A stretch of 64,000 nucleotides of DNA from Octopus vulgaris (Eukaryota). The stretch lies in contig OX597817.1 in NCBI GenBank assembly GCA_951406725.2, forward strand, positions 170,934,001 to 170,998,000, given 5' to 3'. The notes below the pieces were generated by a model. It was not told the DNA's origin. It searched no databases and saw only the letters and a program-made list of their open reading frames with translations. This document shows, one piece after another, positions 13,895 through 27,565 of the stretch. Position numbers and translations under genes: made by a program. Position 1 is the stretch's first letter. Each line of letters opens with the position of its first letter.

Positions 13895-14046
13895 CATATA
13901 TACATATATACAATGGGCTTCTTTCAGTTTCCATCTACCAAATCTACTTATAGGGCTTTGGTCGACCCAAGGCTATAGTAGACGACACTTGCCCGGAACC
14001 ATGTGGTTGGTAAGCAAGCTACTTACCACATAGCCATTCCTAGGCC
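13607..14046 (-). mobile_element. SINE family A (tRNA-like head, internal (TA)n)
   Basis: Head TGGCTATGTGGTAAG...GGTTCC; internal (TA)n; shared 3' body and AAAAGAGT tail. Confidence 0.88.
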
Positions 14047-14666
14047 TATTGATCTAATCTTGAATCTTAATAAGCTTCTTAAGCTTACAGCTGTGCCTGC
14101 ACCTGTTTATATTATATATATTGAAACAAATCACTGTTTAATATACCAGTAATTTATTGGTGTATCTTCTGTATTTCCTTGTAAATCCTTTCCATTTAGT
14201 TTGGAAAAACAAATCTCGTAATTCCATCAACAATCATTCACATTGTCTTATCAACTGATGGTGGAAGCACATGGCCTAGTGGTTAGAGGTTACACTCACA
14301 ATTGCAAGACCATGGTTTCAATTCCTGCATCAGCCAGTGTGTTGTATTCTTGAGCAAAACACTTTATTTGACTTTGCTCCAGTTCACTCAGCTGTAAATG
14401 AATAATTCTGCTATGGTTTGGCATCATGGTCAGAGGGAATGTTGTGCTCTCACTAACCTATTTGCTATGGAAACCAGGTAATTGTCTCTATAAGTCCTAG
14501 AACTTCAAGATGCTAATGTCCTGGGGGCTTACTAACTACCATTAAGCTAATTATTACTGGTCATTTGTTATTATCATTTTAAAATAAAGCAAAAATAATG
14601 GGATTAATGGTGTCTTACTGACATCATCATCATCAGATTTAAAATTTTGATACTTATCTCCAAGTT

Positions 14667-14975
14667 TGTTGTGGTGGCGCAATGGCCCAGTGGTTAGGGC
14701 AGCGGACCTGTGGTTGTAGGATCGCGGTTTCGATTCCCAGACCGGGCGTTCTGAGTGTTTATTGAGCGAAAACACCTAAAGCTCCACGAGGCTCCGGCAG
14801 TGGGTGGTGATCCCTGCTGTACTCTTTCACCACAACTTACTCTCACTCTTTCTTCTGTTGACCTGTTCACTTAGCCAGTGGGTGGCGTCATTTGAAGGCT
14901 AAAACAATGCGAAACGCATTGTGACCAGCGATGTGTAGCAACATCTGATAGCCTGGTCAGTCACATGATCACGTG
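14667..14975 (+). mobile_element. tRNA-derived SINE family C with 11-bp TSD
   Basis: A-box TGGCCCAGTGG; B-box-like GGTTTCGATTCCC; TSD ATCTCCAAGTT at 14656-14666 and 14976-14986; short repeated tail TCACATGA/TCACGTGA. Confidence 0.88.
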
Positions 14976-15135
14976 ATCTCCAAGTTACTTTCACCAATCA
15001 GTGATCAATAACTGTTCTTAGTTTATTATTTGGGTTCAGTATTAATTAGTTAATTGTTACTCTGCAGCTTCTGTTACTAATCATTTGATTATTTTCTGAA
15101 ATTCTATATAAGGTTGCACAAGAAGGAACCGTTCA

Positions 15136-15413
15136 TCAATATCTATAAAGCGGAAATGTAAAAAAGTTATTTGATTTCTTGGTTATTTGTCTCATTTTGG
15201 GAAGGGAACGGTTTATGGGGCAGTAAATGGGGTGGGGGTAAAATGGGGTGGGCAATGGTGTGAGGAGGGTTGCAAGTCATTCAGGGCTACCATTTGGTGA
15301 AGAATATGGGAAAGGCAAAGAAGACGAACAAAAAAAGAAAGGGAAAAGGAGACAACACACACAAAACAACAACACCACCAAAACCCGAGCGAAGCCCGGG
15401 TCAAAATAGCTAG
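15136..15413 (+). mobile_element. Non-autonomous Helitron
   Basis: a|TCAATATCTATAAAG start; 3' hairpin ACCCGAGCGAAGCCCGGGT followed by CTAG|t. Confidence 0.7.
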
Positions 15414-16018
15414 TCTGTAATATATAAGAGAATTTATGGCAGCATACATCAATGCAGCAGTAAAGATTTATTTTGTTTCTAAGATTAAAAATATATATGT
15501 CTGAACTTTCCGAACTATAATTTCCTAAATAAATATACAAACTCACAAGTTTTCTAAAGACCAAGAGAAAATTATTAAACAATGTATATTAGAGAGAGAC
15601 ACACACAATATATGTTCATCAGAATGTTTCTTGGAAATTTTTCAAGAAACCAACAGCATCAATGATTGGCAACATTTCCAACAAATATGTAGAGAGTCCT
15701 TTTCTGGTGTCTCCATAAAAACAAGCAATTAAAATAACATTATATGATGTGTACAAACTCACAACAATAAAAGCAGCTTCTCTGCCAAGAAGCTTTCTTA
15801 AGAAAGCTTCTGCTGACCTATGCAACTGTGGTCCTCTCCTTTTACTCACTGAGGCATCTATACACACAGACACAGCAGACAGAGTGGCCATCCCCATTTT
15901 AATGGCATTTTATAATGGCTAAGGTGAGAACTAAGAAAACCATCTATGTTCGGTATATCCATGGAAACACTGGAAAAGCTAAGAGAAATGCATAGGAAAG
16001 CTGAAAAGAAAATTGCAT

Positions 16019-16232
16019 ACTCTTTTACTTGTTTCAGTCATTTGACTGTGGCCATGCTGGAGCAATGCCTTTAGTCGAGCAAATCGACCCCAGGACTTAT
16101 TCTTTGTAAGGCTAGTACTTATTCTATCGGTCTCTTTTGCCGAACCGCTAAGTTACAGGGACGTAAACACACCACCATCGGTTGTCAACCGATGTTGGGG
16201 GGACAAACATATACACAGACACATACATATAT

Positions 16233-16292
<60 letters not shown>

Positions 16293-16457
16293 GACGACGA
16301 GCTTCTTTCAGTTTCTGTCTACCAAATCCACTCACAAGGCTTTGGTCGGCCTGAGGCTATAGTAAAAGACACTTGCCCAAGGTGCCACGCAGTGGGACTG
16401 GACCCAGAACCATGTGGTTGGTAAACAAGCTACTTACCACACAGCCACTCCTGCGTC
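16019..16457 (-). mobile_element. SINE family A, full length
   Basis: Same head, body, (TA)n and tail as 24157-24785. Confidence 0.9.
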
Positions 16458-17032
16458 TAGGAAACAATTCTTTCTTCAATGTAGTTCAAATTTTTTGAGA
16501 CCACACACATATATATAATCTATGTGGCAGATATATAAACAGGGTTAATTTGGTTATTTCTCTGTAAACAGAAAAAAACGGGGAATGGCCTTAATTGATT
16601 TTCAGAACTTATTGGACTCTCATCAGAGCTCCTTATCATCATTATCATTTAACGTCCACTTTTCTATGCTGGTATGGGTTGGATGTTAGTGTCCTGTATG
16701 CTATGTAACCAATGGAAGTGAGGTATCCCATAGCTTTTGTTAAAGCATGCTTTTAGGAGAAGGCATTTCTGTTTCTACAGTTGCACTAAGGGTATAACTA
16801 GGTGAGCAGTCTGGGTGAATATGTGACATTTTGGCCTCACCTATTTTATATCACTGTGTGAATACTGATTTCTAAATGTTTTTTTCTGTTTTAATTCTTC
16901 TCTTGTTCTCTTTATCTCTTTCTCTATCTCCTCTCTCTCTCTTTCTCTCTCTCTCTTTCTCTCTCTCTCTTTGTCTCTCTCTCTGTGAACACATTTCTTT
17001 TTATGCATAACAAGAGAAAGAAAGTGTTCAAG

Positions 17033-17313
17033 TCAATCAACTTCAATTAATAAATTGTAATGCCTCTCTTCTTCCCCCTCTCTCTCTTTCAGTCATCTTC
17101 AATTAATAAATTGTAATTATCTCTCCCTCCTCCCTCTCTCACTCTCACTTTCTCTCTCACTCTTTCTAACTCTCTCTCTCTCTATCACTCTCTTTCAACC
17201 ATCTTCAATTAATAAATTGTAATCTCTCTCCCTCACCCACTCTCTCTTTCTCTCTCTTTCTCTCACTCTCCCTCTTTCTCTCTTTCAATCATCTTGAACT
17301 AATAAATTGTAAT
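17033..17313. repeat. Four 29-bp AT-rich units separated by variable CT-rich spacers
   Basis: TCAATCATCTTCAATTAATAAATTGTAAT-like units start at 17033, 17089, 17195 and 17285. Confidence 0.85.
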
Positions 17314-17333
17314 GTCTCTCTCTTTCCCTCTCT

Positions 17334-17368
<35 letters not shown>

Positions 17369-17649
17369 TTTCTCTATGTTTCTGCATATTCATGCATGTG
17401 TGCATGTGTGTTTGCCTCCAGTGCCAAAAAGTACTGTCTCCAAAACAAGTTCAGTGTCCACTCAGCTGAACGAAATCACCAGCATCCACACAGCTGTACC
17501 CAGTTATCTCATATTGAGTTTGGGCCCAGCAGCCTTGAGAAGGCACTCTGACTAAGAAGGTCAGCATAAAACAGAAACCTCACTACTTGTGATTGTCTAC
17601 AATAAACGCCAAACACTAAGGGAGTCCAACTCAAACTGAATTGATTTCA

Positions 17650-18520
17650 GATTTTAGCACAATGCCAGTAATTTCAGGTTTGGATCTAAGTTGACATCAT
17701 TCCCAGTGCTCGACTGGTACTTAATTTATTGACCCCCGAAGGGATTAAAGGCAAAGTCAACCTCGATGACATTTGAACTCAGAATGTAAAGACAGATAAA
17801 ATGCTGCTAAGCATTTTTGTCTGGGATGCTAATGAGTCTGCCAACTTACTTGTTTCTTTATTGCCCACAGGGAGCTAAACATACAGGGGACAAACAAGGA
17901 CAGACAAAGGGATTAAGTCGATTACATCGACCCCAGTGCGTAACTGGTACTTAATTTATCGACCCTGAAAGAATGAAAGGCAAAGTCGACCTCGACGGAA
18001 TTTGAACACAGAACATAACGGCAGACGAAATACCTATTTCTTTACTACCCACAGGGGGCTAAACACAGAGAGGACAAACAAGGACAGACAAATGGATTTC
18101 GTCGATTATATCGACCCAAGTGCGTAACTGGTACTTATTTAATCGACCCCGAAAGGATGAAAGGCAAAGTCGAAATTTGAACTCAGAACGTAGCGGCAGA
18201 TGAAATACCACTAAGCATTTCACCCGGCATGGTAACATTTCTGCCAGCTTGTCACCTTACAGCCAACTTACTGCCCTAACTTCGACAGTAAATCAATTTC
18301 AGATTTCAGTAAATTGATTTCAGATTTCAGCCCAATGTCAGTCATTTCGGAGTCAGGTCTACATCGATTACATTGACCCCACCCCACCACCAGCACATGA
18401 TTGGTACTTATTTTATCAACGAAAAGCAAAGTCGACCTTCACAGCATTTGCCACAGAACATAAATAGATGAAATGCCACTAAGCACTTTTATCTAATATA
18501 CTAACATTTCTGCCATTTTA
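17650..18520 (-). mobile_element. Cluster of SINE family B copies (a dimer nested in an older copy)
   Basis: Repeated CGACCCCGAAAGGATGAAAGGCAAAGTCGACC / TTTGAACTCAGAA; dimer junction GAAATACCTATTTC at ~18027-18040; head at ~18205-18258. Confidence 0.85.
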
Positions 18521-19438
18521 CTGATTTAATTCCAACAGTAAATTGGGTTGAATAAGGACTTGAAAGATAACCAATCTTATTTATCCCAAGGAAAGTGTGA
18601 AGGTGCAATAAATGCATGTGGTTGTGTCTGTAGTCTCTGGCTTTCACCATGAGTATAGTGATATCAATAAAATCATATATAACTATTCATAATTGTTGCA
18701 CTAATCTATAATTTTTGTTTCATAATTTTAAAAACAAACAAAACATCAAGCATCAGTAATTTTGTTTTTCCTCTTAATCTTTTCAAAAACTGAAAAAAAA
18801 TTAAAAGGTGTGATAATAATTAATAAATAATTGGTTAGTCCACCCTCATTTATTATATTTTGCTTGCAAGTGATATTGCTTAGAATTAATTAGGAGAATT
18901 TCTTGAGAAATCTTTCACCCACATCATTCTCTTTGATGTTATTTGATTCTAAACTAATCGTTGCTTTAAATATTTTCATCTGAGTGGCATCTTGGTAATT
19001 GAAGAGGTTAATACAAAGTTACGAATCCACTCACTTGAAAGTAAACTTTTACACTTTATGATTATCTGTGAATTCAGGCATCATATCATTACTTTTTTTA
19101 AAATCCAACCATTCAACTACTTTAGCTATTTATTGTACATTTTCTTTTCTATAGATTTTGATTGCAAAGATGACTACAATTCTCACTGTATTTCTGATGC
19201 CTTCACTGGGAAATGACACCAAGTACATTATCTTGACACCTCCAGAATATACCATTGGTCTTGTCATGCAAGAGCAATGATGAGGTTCCCTGAGATCCTC
19301 AGGCTCGGAGGTTAAGGTGGTAGCCTACTAACAACATGATCATATGTTCAAATCTTACTAACATCATTGTGTTGTACTCCTAAGTAAAGACTCTGCCTCT
19401 AACAAAACAAAAAGTAGATTCCATTCATAGCTGAGTGC

Positions 19439-19666
19439 TTAACCCTTTCGTTACCAACCCGGCTGAAACTGGCTCTGGCTCTGAGTACAAATGTCTTGAT
19501 TACATAAGTTTTGAATTAAAATCTTCCACCAAACCTTAGTCACAATTTATGTTCCTAACACTAGCTTAATGGTAACTAAGTTATTTTACTAAATTCTTTG
19601 CTACATTTAAAGTAATTGAAAGAAACACAGAGCATCTCAAAATAAATACAGTAACAAAAGGGTTAA
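19439..19666 (+). mobile_element. piggyBac-type MITE, copy 3
   Basis: TTAA-CCCTTTCG...AAAAGGG-TTAA; near identical to 753-981. Confidence 0.85.
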
Positions 19667-19859
19667 TCCTTTGACATTTAAACCAGCCATGTCCAGCCCA
19701 GATATTTTATGCATTTCATGTTCCAACCTTCCAAATCCAGCCTCTTACATCCACCCTACAATGTTAGTCTATAAATATATACAGTCACCTCATCAAAATG
19801 TCAAAGCTACAAGAAAATATATGATTAATTCAAAACAATGTACCAGTGCCACATATAAA

Positions 19860-20065
19860 TGGATTCATGCCAGTGCTTCATAAATGCACTCATGCCAGTG
19901 GCATGTAAAAGGGACCCAGCACACACTGTAAAGTGGTTGGCATTAGGAAGGGCATCCAGTTGTAGAAACCATACCACAACAGACAATTGGAGTCTGGACA
20001 GCTCCCTGGCTGGCCAGCTCTTGTCAAACTGTCCAACCTGTGTCAGCATGGAAAATGGACGTTGA

Positions 20066-20118
<53 letters not shown>
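19860..20118 (+). mobile_element. RTE 3'-UTR fragment with (GAT)n tail
   Basis: GCCAGTGGCATGTAAAA...GGAAGGGCATCCAG...(GAT)n, running into GGT/GGA/GAA microsatellites to ~20325. Confidence 0.75.
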
Positions 20119-20119
<1 letters not shown>

Positions 20120-20811
20120 GTGATGGTGATGGTGATGATGGTGGTGGTGGTAGTAATGATGATGATGGAGGAGGGGGTGGGGAGGAGGAGGATGGTGGAG
20201 GAGGAGGAGGAGGAGGAGAAGAAGAAGAAGAAGAAGAAGAAGAAGAAGAAGAAGAAGAAGAAGAAGAAGAAGAATACGGAGAAAGAGGAGGGGAGTGGTG
20301 GTGGTTGTGGTGGTGGAGGAGGAGGAATTACATTTGGCAGAATAACCTGAATGCTAAAGGGTTCATGGTAGAAAAAGGTTTATTGCTGCCATTATTTATT
20401 CCTAGGTGAATCCTTATTGAGCAGGCCTGTCATCAAAAGCTCCCCTGCCAACCTCATCGACCGCATCCTTTCTTTTCAGAGGTATCTAGCGCTACCTTGT
20501 TTAAATGTGCTCTGAGCTATTTTAAGACAGCAGAGTGTGAATGAGGAAGACTTGGTTTCTATTTCTAGAAGGCTGAGAGCTTACATTAAGCATCTCTTGG
20601 TAATTCATGGTGAGAAGAAGTAACATCTACCTGCAAAACCAATAGCTGCAACAAATAAAATATATCCCACTAATACAAACACATAAAAATGGATGTATAT
20701 TCAAAGGAACTATTGGAAATTCACCTGACAATTCCCTTGCTATAATTTTATAAACATTACTGTTATCTTCATGCAAGGTTTAATACTAAGTATTTATTCT
20801 TATTAACAACA

Positions 20812-20973
20812 CAGGAGCGGCTGTGTGGTAAGTAGTTTGCTTACCAATCGCATGGTTCCGGGTTCAGTCCCACTGCACAGCACCTTGAGCAAGTGTCTTC
20901 TACCAAAGTCTCGGGCTGACCAAAGCCTTGTGAGTGGATTTAGTAGATGGAAACTGAAAGAAGCCTGTCGTAA

Positions 20974-21053
<80 letters not shown>

Positions 21054-21578
21054 ATATATTCTACATCGAGTGAAAGATGGGATGGACGCTTCGATTTTGT
21101 GTTGGTGCCCCACTCTGTCGTATGCGACTATGAGGATTTGCATCCCCAACGTAAAACTTATAATGTAATACATGTCCTTGAAGTAGTAATTGTGCGCGGC
21201 TGAAGAAGGCCATAGACACACATTATGCATTGTTATAAAACCGCCTAATAAAGGCCTGAAACACATATACCGCTAAATCCTTGGCATCATGTTTTTATTT
21301 TGATTAATATATATATATATATATAATATGCGTGTGTGTATAGATTTGTGTGTCTGTGTTTGTCCCCCTAGCATTGCTTGACAACCGATGCTGGTGTGAT
21401 TACGTCCCTGTAACTTAGCGGTTCTGCAAAAGAGACCGATAGAATAAGTACTAGGCTTACAAAGAATAAGTACTAGGCTTACAAAGAATATGTCCTGGGG
21501 TTGATTTGCTCGACTAAAGGTGGTGCTCCAGAATGGCTGCAGTCAAATGACGGAAACAAATAAAAGAGTAGAAGAGTA
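20812..21578 (+). mobile_element. SINE family A with Penelope-like insert (~21060-21306) in its internal (TA)n
   Basis: Head at ~20812, (TA)n at ~20975-21036, foreign insert, then the 3' body resumes at ~21345. Confidence 0.88.
21196..21273 (+). ncRNA. Degenerate type I hammerhead ribozyme
   Basis: gcgg-CTGAAGA-aggcc...ggcct-GAAAC-ACAT-ATA-ccgc. Stems I and II pair; stem III C:A mismatch suggests it is inactive. Confidence 0.65.
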
Positions 21579-21680
21579 ATGTTCATACACTGGATCAGTA
21601 ATTTTGTAGTTATTACAAATAGTTGGCTAAGGAGGCTCTGTAAATAAACTGCCATGACAGGAAAAAATACCAAGCTGAGC

Positions 21681-22212
21681 TCATGACTGCAAAACTGTAG
21701 CAGCCATCAACTTGGTTGAGTAAGGGCTCGTTAGAATGAGTGTTAAATGCAGTTTGTGGGAATGTAGTTTGCTTGACAGTGATTGTCCTCAAACTGAAAT
21801 TTGGCTCCCAAAACATGCCTATTTAGGAGACATTCTAGAAGATTCTAGAAAGGTACATCATGTGATATCTCAATGCTGATTGGTCAGCTACTTGGCTGAT
21901 CACATGAAATGGCTGTTACTAAGCTGTGATTTTAACTTGGTTTCATGACTACAAAACTGTAGCGGCTGTCAAGTTGGTTGAGTAAGGGCTTGTTAGAATG
22001 AGTGTTAAATGCAGTTTGTGAGAATGTGGTTTGCTTGACAGCAATTATCCTCAAACTGACGTTTGGCTCCCAAAACATGCCTATTTGTAAGCCTTGTTAG
22101 GTGACATTCTAGAAGATTCTAGAAAGTTGCATCATGTGATATCTCAATGCCGAATGGTCAGTTACTTGGCTGATCACATGAAATGGCTGTTACTAAGCTG
22201 TGATTTTAACTT
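21681..22212. repeat. Tandem duplication, two ~260-bp units
   Basis: TCATGACT..AAAACTGTAGC...CTAAGCTGTGATTTTAACTT at ~21681-21938 and ~21943-22212. Confidence 0.9.
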
Positions 22213-22469
22213 TGTAATTTTGCCATCTCAGTTCTGAATGAGCTGCACATTTAAGTCATGATATATTTAATCTTAGAAAGTCAGGTCTTCTGCACCACCA
22301 TATATCACCAATCAGCACAGTTCATTTTCTCTGTGAGGCACAGAACCTCCAGATCTGCCTCATCATTTCATCCCTAGTGTTCCTTAGTCTCCTTCTATGA
22401 ATTTCCATCAATTTTGAGTTCTCAGCATCTCTGTATATACCAGTTACCCACCATAAACATCATATCTTC

Positions 22470-22706
22470 ATACCTATTTCTTTATTGCCCACAAGGGACT
22501 AAACACAGAGAGGACAAACAAGAACAGACAAACAGATTAAGTTGGTTATATCGACCCCAGTGCGTAACTGGTACTTAATTTATCGACCCCGAAAGGATGA
22601 AAGGCAAAGTCAACCTCGGCGGAATTTGAACTCAGAACATAATGGCAGACGAAATAACACAAAGCATTTCGCCCGGCATGCTAACGTTTCTGCCAGCTCG
22701 CCGCCC
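22470..22706 (-). mobile_element. SINE family B monomer inserted in an old RTE fragment (~22300-22800, -)
   Basis: Head GGCGGCGAGCTGGCAGAAACGTTAGC on the minus strand; flank translates as REKLKVRGIRCSVQERRLHWY. Confidence 0.85.
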
Positions 22707-23547
22707 TAATACCAATGCAGCCTTCTCTCTTGCACACTACACCTGATTCCTCTCACCTTCAGTTTTTCTCTCAGCTCATTTGTATTCCGACAGTCATATG
22801 AAGCTTCCCAATGGCACAATGGCATTGTCTCCCCTTGATTGCTCTTTTTATTTTTGTATTATTTAATTTTGAGAAGATGAGGATTTTCTTTGTTTTGTCT
22901 TCTTTTCTATTCACTTTTCTCTTTCTCACTCTACATTCTATTTCAAAGAACAATAATGTCTAAAATATCAAATATAATTCTTTTAGTTTTTCTTTGAACA
23001 CAAACATATCATTTTGATTGTGAACTTACCTTACCATTATTTTTTAAAATTCTTTTGCCATGTGTGTGGGGTGTGTGGGTGGGGTGTATGCATGTGTTTA
23101 TATTTGTACAAGTGTGTGTAGAATTAAATATTCTATTACTGCTTATACAAGAAAGTATGTATTTTATAGCCTTTTATTTGCATTCAAATTGTTTTAGCAA
23201 ATCATTAAAGATATAAATGAAAAAAAATCAGTATATTTTTATTTCACGAATTCCATTTTATTTCATTCCTTTTGGCTGTTTCTAGAAAATTTTATGTGAC
23301 TGGAATTCTCATATCAAAACGAAGTAATAAAAAACAGAAAGAAAGATTTTAAATGAATAATGGAAAATAGTAGTCTGCGGTAATTTTATACAAATATTTA
23401 ATTACTATGCAATCTCATTAGTAAAATATAGCGTTACTTGAAACAAAATGATTGTTTTCATTTTAAACCAATTAAAATTTTGTTGTTGTGACAAATATAT
23501 CAATATGAACAAATTATTATTGAAGAAATATTCAGTGTGGGCAGAGA

Positions 23548-23587
<40 letters not shown>

Positions 23588-23755
23588 TGCACGTGTGTGT
23601 GTGTGCATGTGTTTGTGTGTGTGTGTGTGTGTGTCTACATCATTTACAGACATATATTGTAAACATTGGCTCTTAAGTTAAGCAACGTTGAATGTAATTA
23701 ATAGTTAGAGGGTCAACTGCATGGGAAATGTAGGGGCTTACAGCCCCTAGATTTA

Positions 23756-23788
<33 letters not shown>

Positions 23789-24156
23789 GCACACATGCAT
23801 GCACACATACATACATACATATGTACATACGTACATACATACATACATACATACATACATACATACATGTCTATTAGGCTATGAGCCAACAAATTTACAC
23901 AAAAACCTAGAAATACTAGGTCTTTCAAAGAAAGATAAAAAGAAACTGATGTGGATTCCCCAAATCCAAACTATTAGTGGTACAGTGAAGATTATCAAGA
24001 CATTTCAAAAATTCCCCACCTGAGATTCTTTGAGTGAATAAATGCACACACTTGGATGTGTGCATTAACAGCTCAGCCAACACATCAACTCAACCACATA
24101 TTTATAAACACAAGGAATTCTTTGACTCAAAACATTTTGTCACTTTGTCAGTAATA

Positions 24157-24785
<629 letters not shown>

Positions 24786-25594
24786 TTGGCTTGAACTCTC
24801 CTAAGAACTTAAACAAAACTTAACGAAAAACATACATATATGTATTTCTTAATTTAATAGATCACCATTTTCCACCAGGACACAAGTATAGAAAAATATT
24901 GCATAGGAACTGTGTTAAGGTTAGCTATTCAGCTTGCCAAAATTTCAGGGATATATCAGAGGTTATAATGCTATGAAGCTGAATAGAAGAGAGATGCAAA
25001 CAACTAGCCAAAAACGATCATGCAACTGTAGAATTTGTGAGAACTATCCACAAGACAGTAACTGCCTGGCAATGTTCATTGTATACAGTGCAAAGTTGAA
25101 TCAAACAGCAGTATTCAACCTAAGCATATATTGGGGCAAACCACATTCAAAAACCGTTATTACAAGCATAAATATTCATTGTTAACCCTGACAGAAAATG
25201 TGCTACAGTCTTGTTGAAGTTTATATGGTTCTTACATGACACAAGTCCTCACAAATTCAAAATTATCTGGTCTATTGTTGATAATGTGCAACCTAACCGG
25301 AATGGGGGCTTCAAATCACACGTACAGTGTAGTCTTTGAGTAAAAAACTGAGAATTTTGACTCAAGGCACCAATAATTTGAGCAGAAATTAACTATCAAA
25401 AGAAATGGACTGTTAACATCTTGTATGCATGCAGCTAAGTATTTTTTTATGCAAATAAAATCCTCCTTAAATTTCATTCTGGCTTAGAAAAAAACGTTGG
25501 TTTTGAAATGTTTAATTAACAGGGTTTATTGATATATGTTTTAATATGTGTGTGCATGTCTATATGTGAGTATATTTATATAAGCATATGTGTA

Positions 25595-25639
<45 letters not shown>

Positions 25640-25654
25640 ATGTATAAAAAATAT

Positions 25655-25780
25655 ATAAAAAATACGAAATGGGACAAGAACGCAAAACACTCAAAGAGAC
25701 GACGCAAAAAACGGACGGGTCATTCGAAGCCTCTAATCTTCAGTCAAGAACCGGATCATCCTCCCAATTTCGGCTGATTA
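25655..25780 (-). mobile_element. Short interspersed repeat fragment in a (TA)n tract (probably a Penelope-like terminal repeat)
   Basis: Reverse complement of the related segments at ~57290-57460 and ~57810-57960; class is inferred. Confidence 0.5.
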
Positions 25781-25803
25781 TATACATATACATATATATA
25801 TCC

Positions 25804-25834
<31 letters not shown>

Positions 25835-25891
25835 TGTATGTATGTATGCATGTATGTATGCATGAATATATAATTATATAATTCTCTGTGT

Positions 25892-26113
25892 GAGGAGGTG
25901 CCGAAAAGTTCCTGGCTTTGGGTAAAATAGAATAGAGGAGGATCAGTTAATTATGATTTTATTCAACATATCCCCTTCTCAGATTCACACACTTGTGGCA
26001 GCAGTCCTTCAGTTTTTTTTCTGAGCCCTGTAAAAGAACTTGGAATGTTGAGCTTCCAGCCAAGCCTTTCCTGATACCCTTAAATTCCAGGAACTTTTCA
26101 GCACCCATTCTTA
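25892..26113. mobile_element. Mariner-derived MITE
   Basis: TIR GGTGCCGAAAAGTTCCTGG / CCAGGAACTTTTCAGCACC; sibling at 32320-32543. Confidence 0.8.
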
Positions 26114-26589
26114 TACATGTGTATCTGAGAGTGTACATATACATATGTGTGCATCAGCATGGGTGCATGCAAAATGAACGCCCATATGTACACCCACTGT
26201 TTACAAAAACATTAATTAAAAATTGAAAGTACTACTTAAAAGTATTATTATTATCATTATTGCTTAAATAGCAATACAATTTCATGACTTCGACTGTAAG
26301 GATTTTATGATATTTATAATAATATGAGGAAAACGCACCCCCCCCCCGTCCAATGGACAGTGCTGAGTTGTTAAACATTTAAACCAAATTTTCTCAAAAC
26401 AACTTGTCTGACCGTCCCATAGGCCTCCCCTTTGAGAAACACTGATTTAACCTAAATTTGAGACACCAGCAAAAGAAGAAATAAAGATAGACATTTTTTC
26501 TATTCCAAAGAAAACCGATTTTATTCACACCAATATGCAACTGAAGAGTTTAAAGTACCAGTAATGATAAGGCTGTTGACTGGGAGAAC

Positions 26590-26853
26590 ACAAACATGGT
26601 TTAAACAGTAAGCTTGGCAGGAAAGAAACGTGCCTTTAAGCAGAACAAAAACAACAAAAAATGGAAGGTGCAATTATGTACATGTTGGTGGAAGAAAAGC
26701 GGGACATAAACGGCTTTATCTATTGCATTCTCACCTGGAATCGATTTTTGTAAATTTTTCAAGACTTATATATGCCCTGATACTGTCGGTATCTACATAT
26801 CAAATTTGAGCACAATCGGATGGAGGATGCCCGAGATCATTGAAGACACACAC

Positions 26854-26890
<37 letters not shown>

Positions 26891-26905
26891 ACGATTTTAT
26901 ATAAG
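26590..26905 (-). mobile_element. Helitron/Helentron-type (HINE/DINE-like) non-autonomous element
   Basis: CAAATTTGAGCACAATCGG motif followed by (GACA)n and TTTTATATAAGA end; left boundary uncertain. Confidence 0.5.
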
Positions 26906-27235
26906 AATCAGAATTATTCTTTCTAAATGAAAGAACATGAAAAAAGCATTTCCTTCAAACTTTCATTCCATATTTCAAAAAAATATTCAGACAGAGAATA
27001 TTCAAAAGAAAATCCAGGCTTGGTTTATCAGCTGTGCTCTCATCTATTTTAAGACTATTGAATGAGGAAGACTTGGTTTCTATTTCTAGTAGGCTCTTGT
27101 TAGCTCGTGGTGGGAAAAGGTAATGTAGATTGGTAATGTACAAAAGAATAACCAACATTTGTATTGAGTTCTGTAATTTATTACTTCTAGTGAATCAACA
27201 CAGATTTACACAAACACACATATGTATATACATAC

Positions 27236-27280
<45 letters not shown>

Positions 27281-27507
27281 TGGTGATATCATCAATTTTA
27301 AAATTTATGCACAGATGATATGAATTGTAGTGCCATCTGATTTCAAATCTTTGTGTTTGAATGTTTGCTAATGCATATATATATATATATATATATATAT
27401 ACTTGGTGATATCATCAATTTTAAAATTTATCCACTGGTGATATGACTAGTAGTGACATCTAATTTTAAAACTCACTGTTTGATTGTTTTGCTTATGTAT
27501 ATACACA

Positions 27508-27565
<58 letters not shown>

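Noticed and set aside
14667-14745. tRNA gene (also the SINE A and B heads)
   Set aside because: No complete cloverleaf; continues into a SINE body with tail and TSD.
16585-16630. CTGATGA...GAAA on the minus strand
   Set aside because: Stem II is out of register and there is no stem III/NUH or stem I.
17033-17313. CRISPR-like repeat-spacer pattern
   Set aside because: Spacers are CT microsatellite of very unequal length; eukaryotic context; no cas genes.
27281-27480. Local ~70-bp duplication separated by (TA)n
   Set aside because: Ordinary slippage duplication with no further structure.
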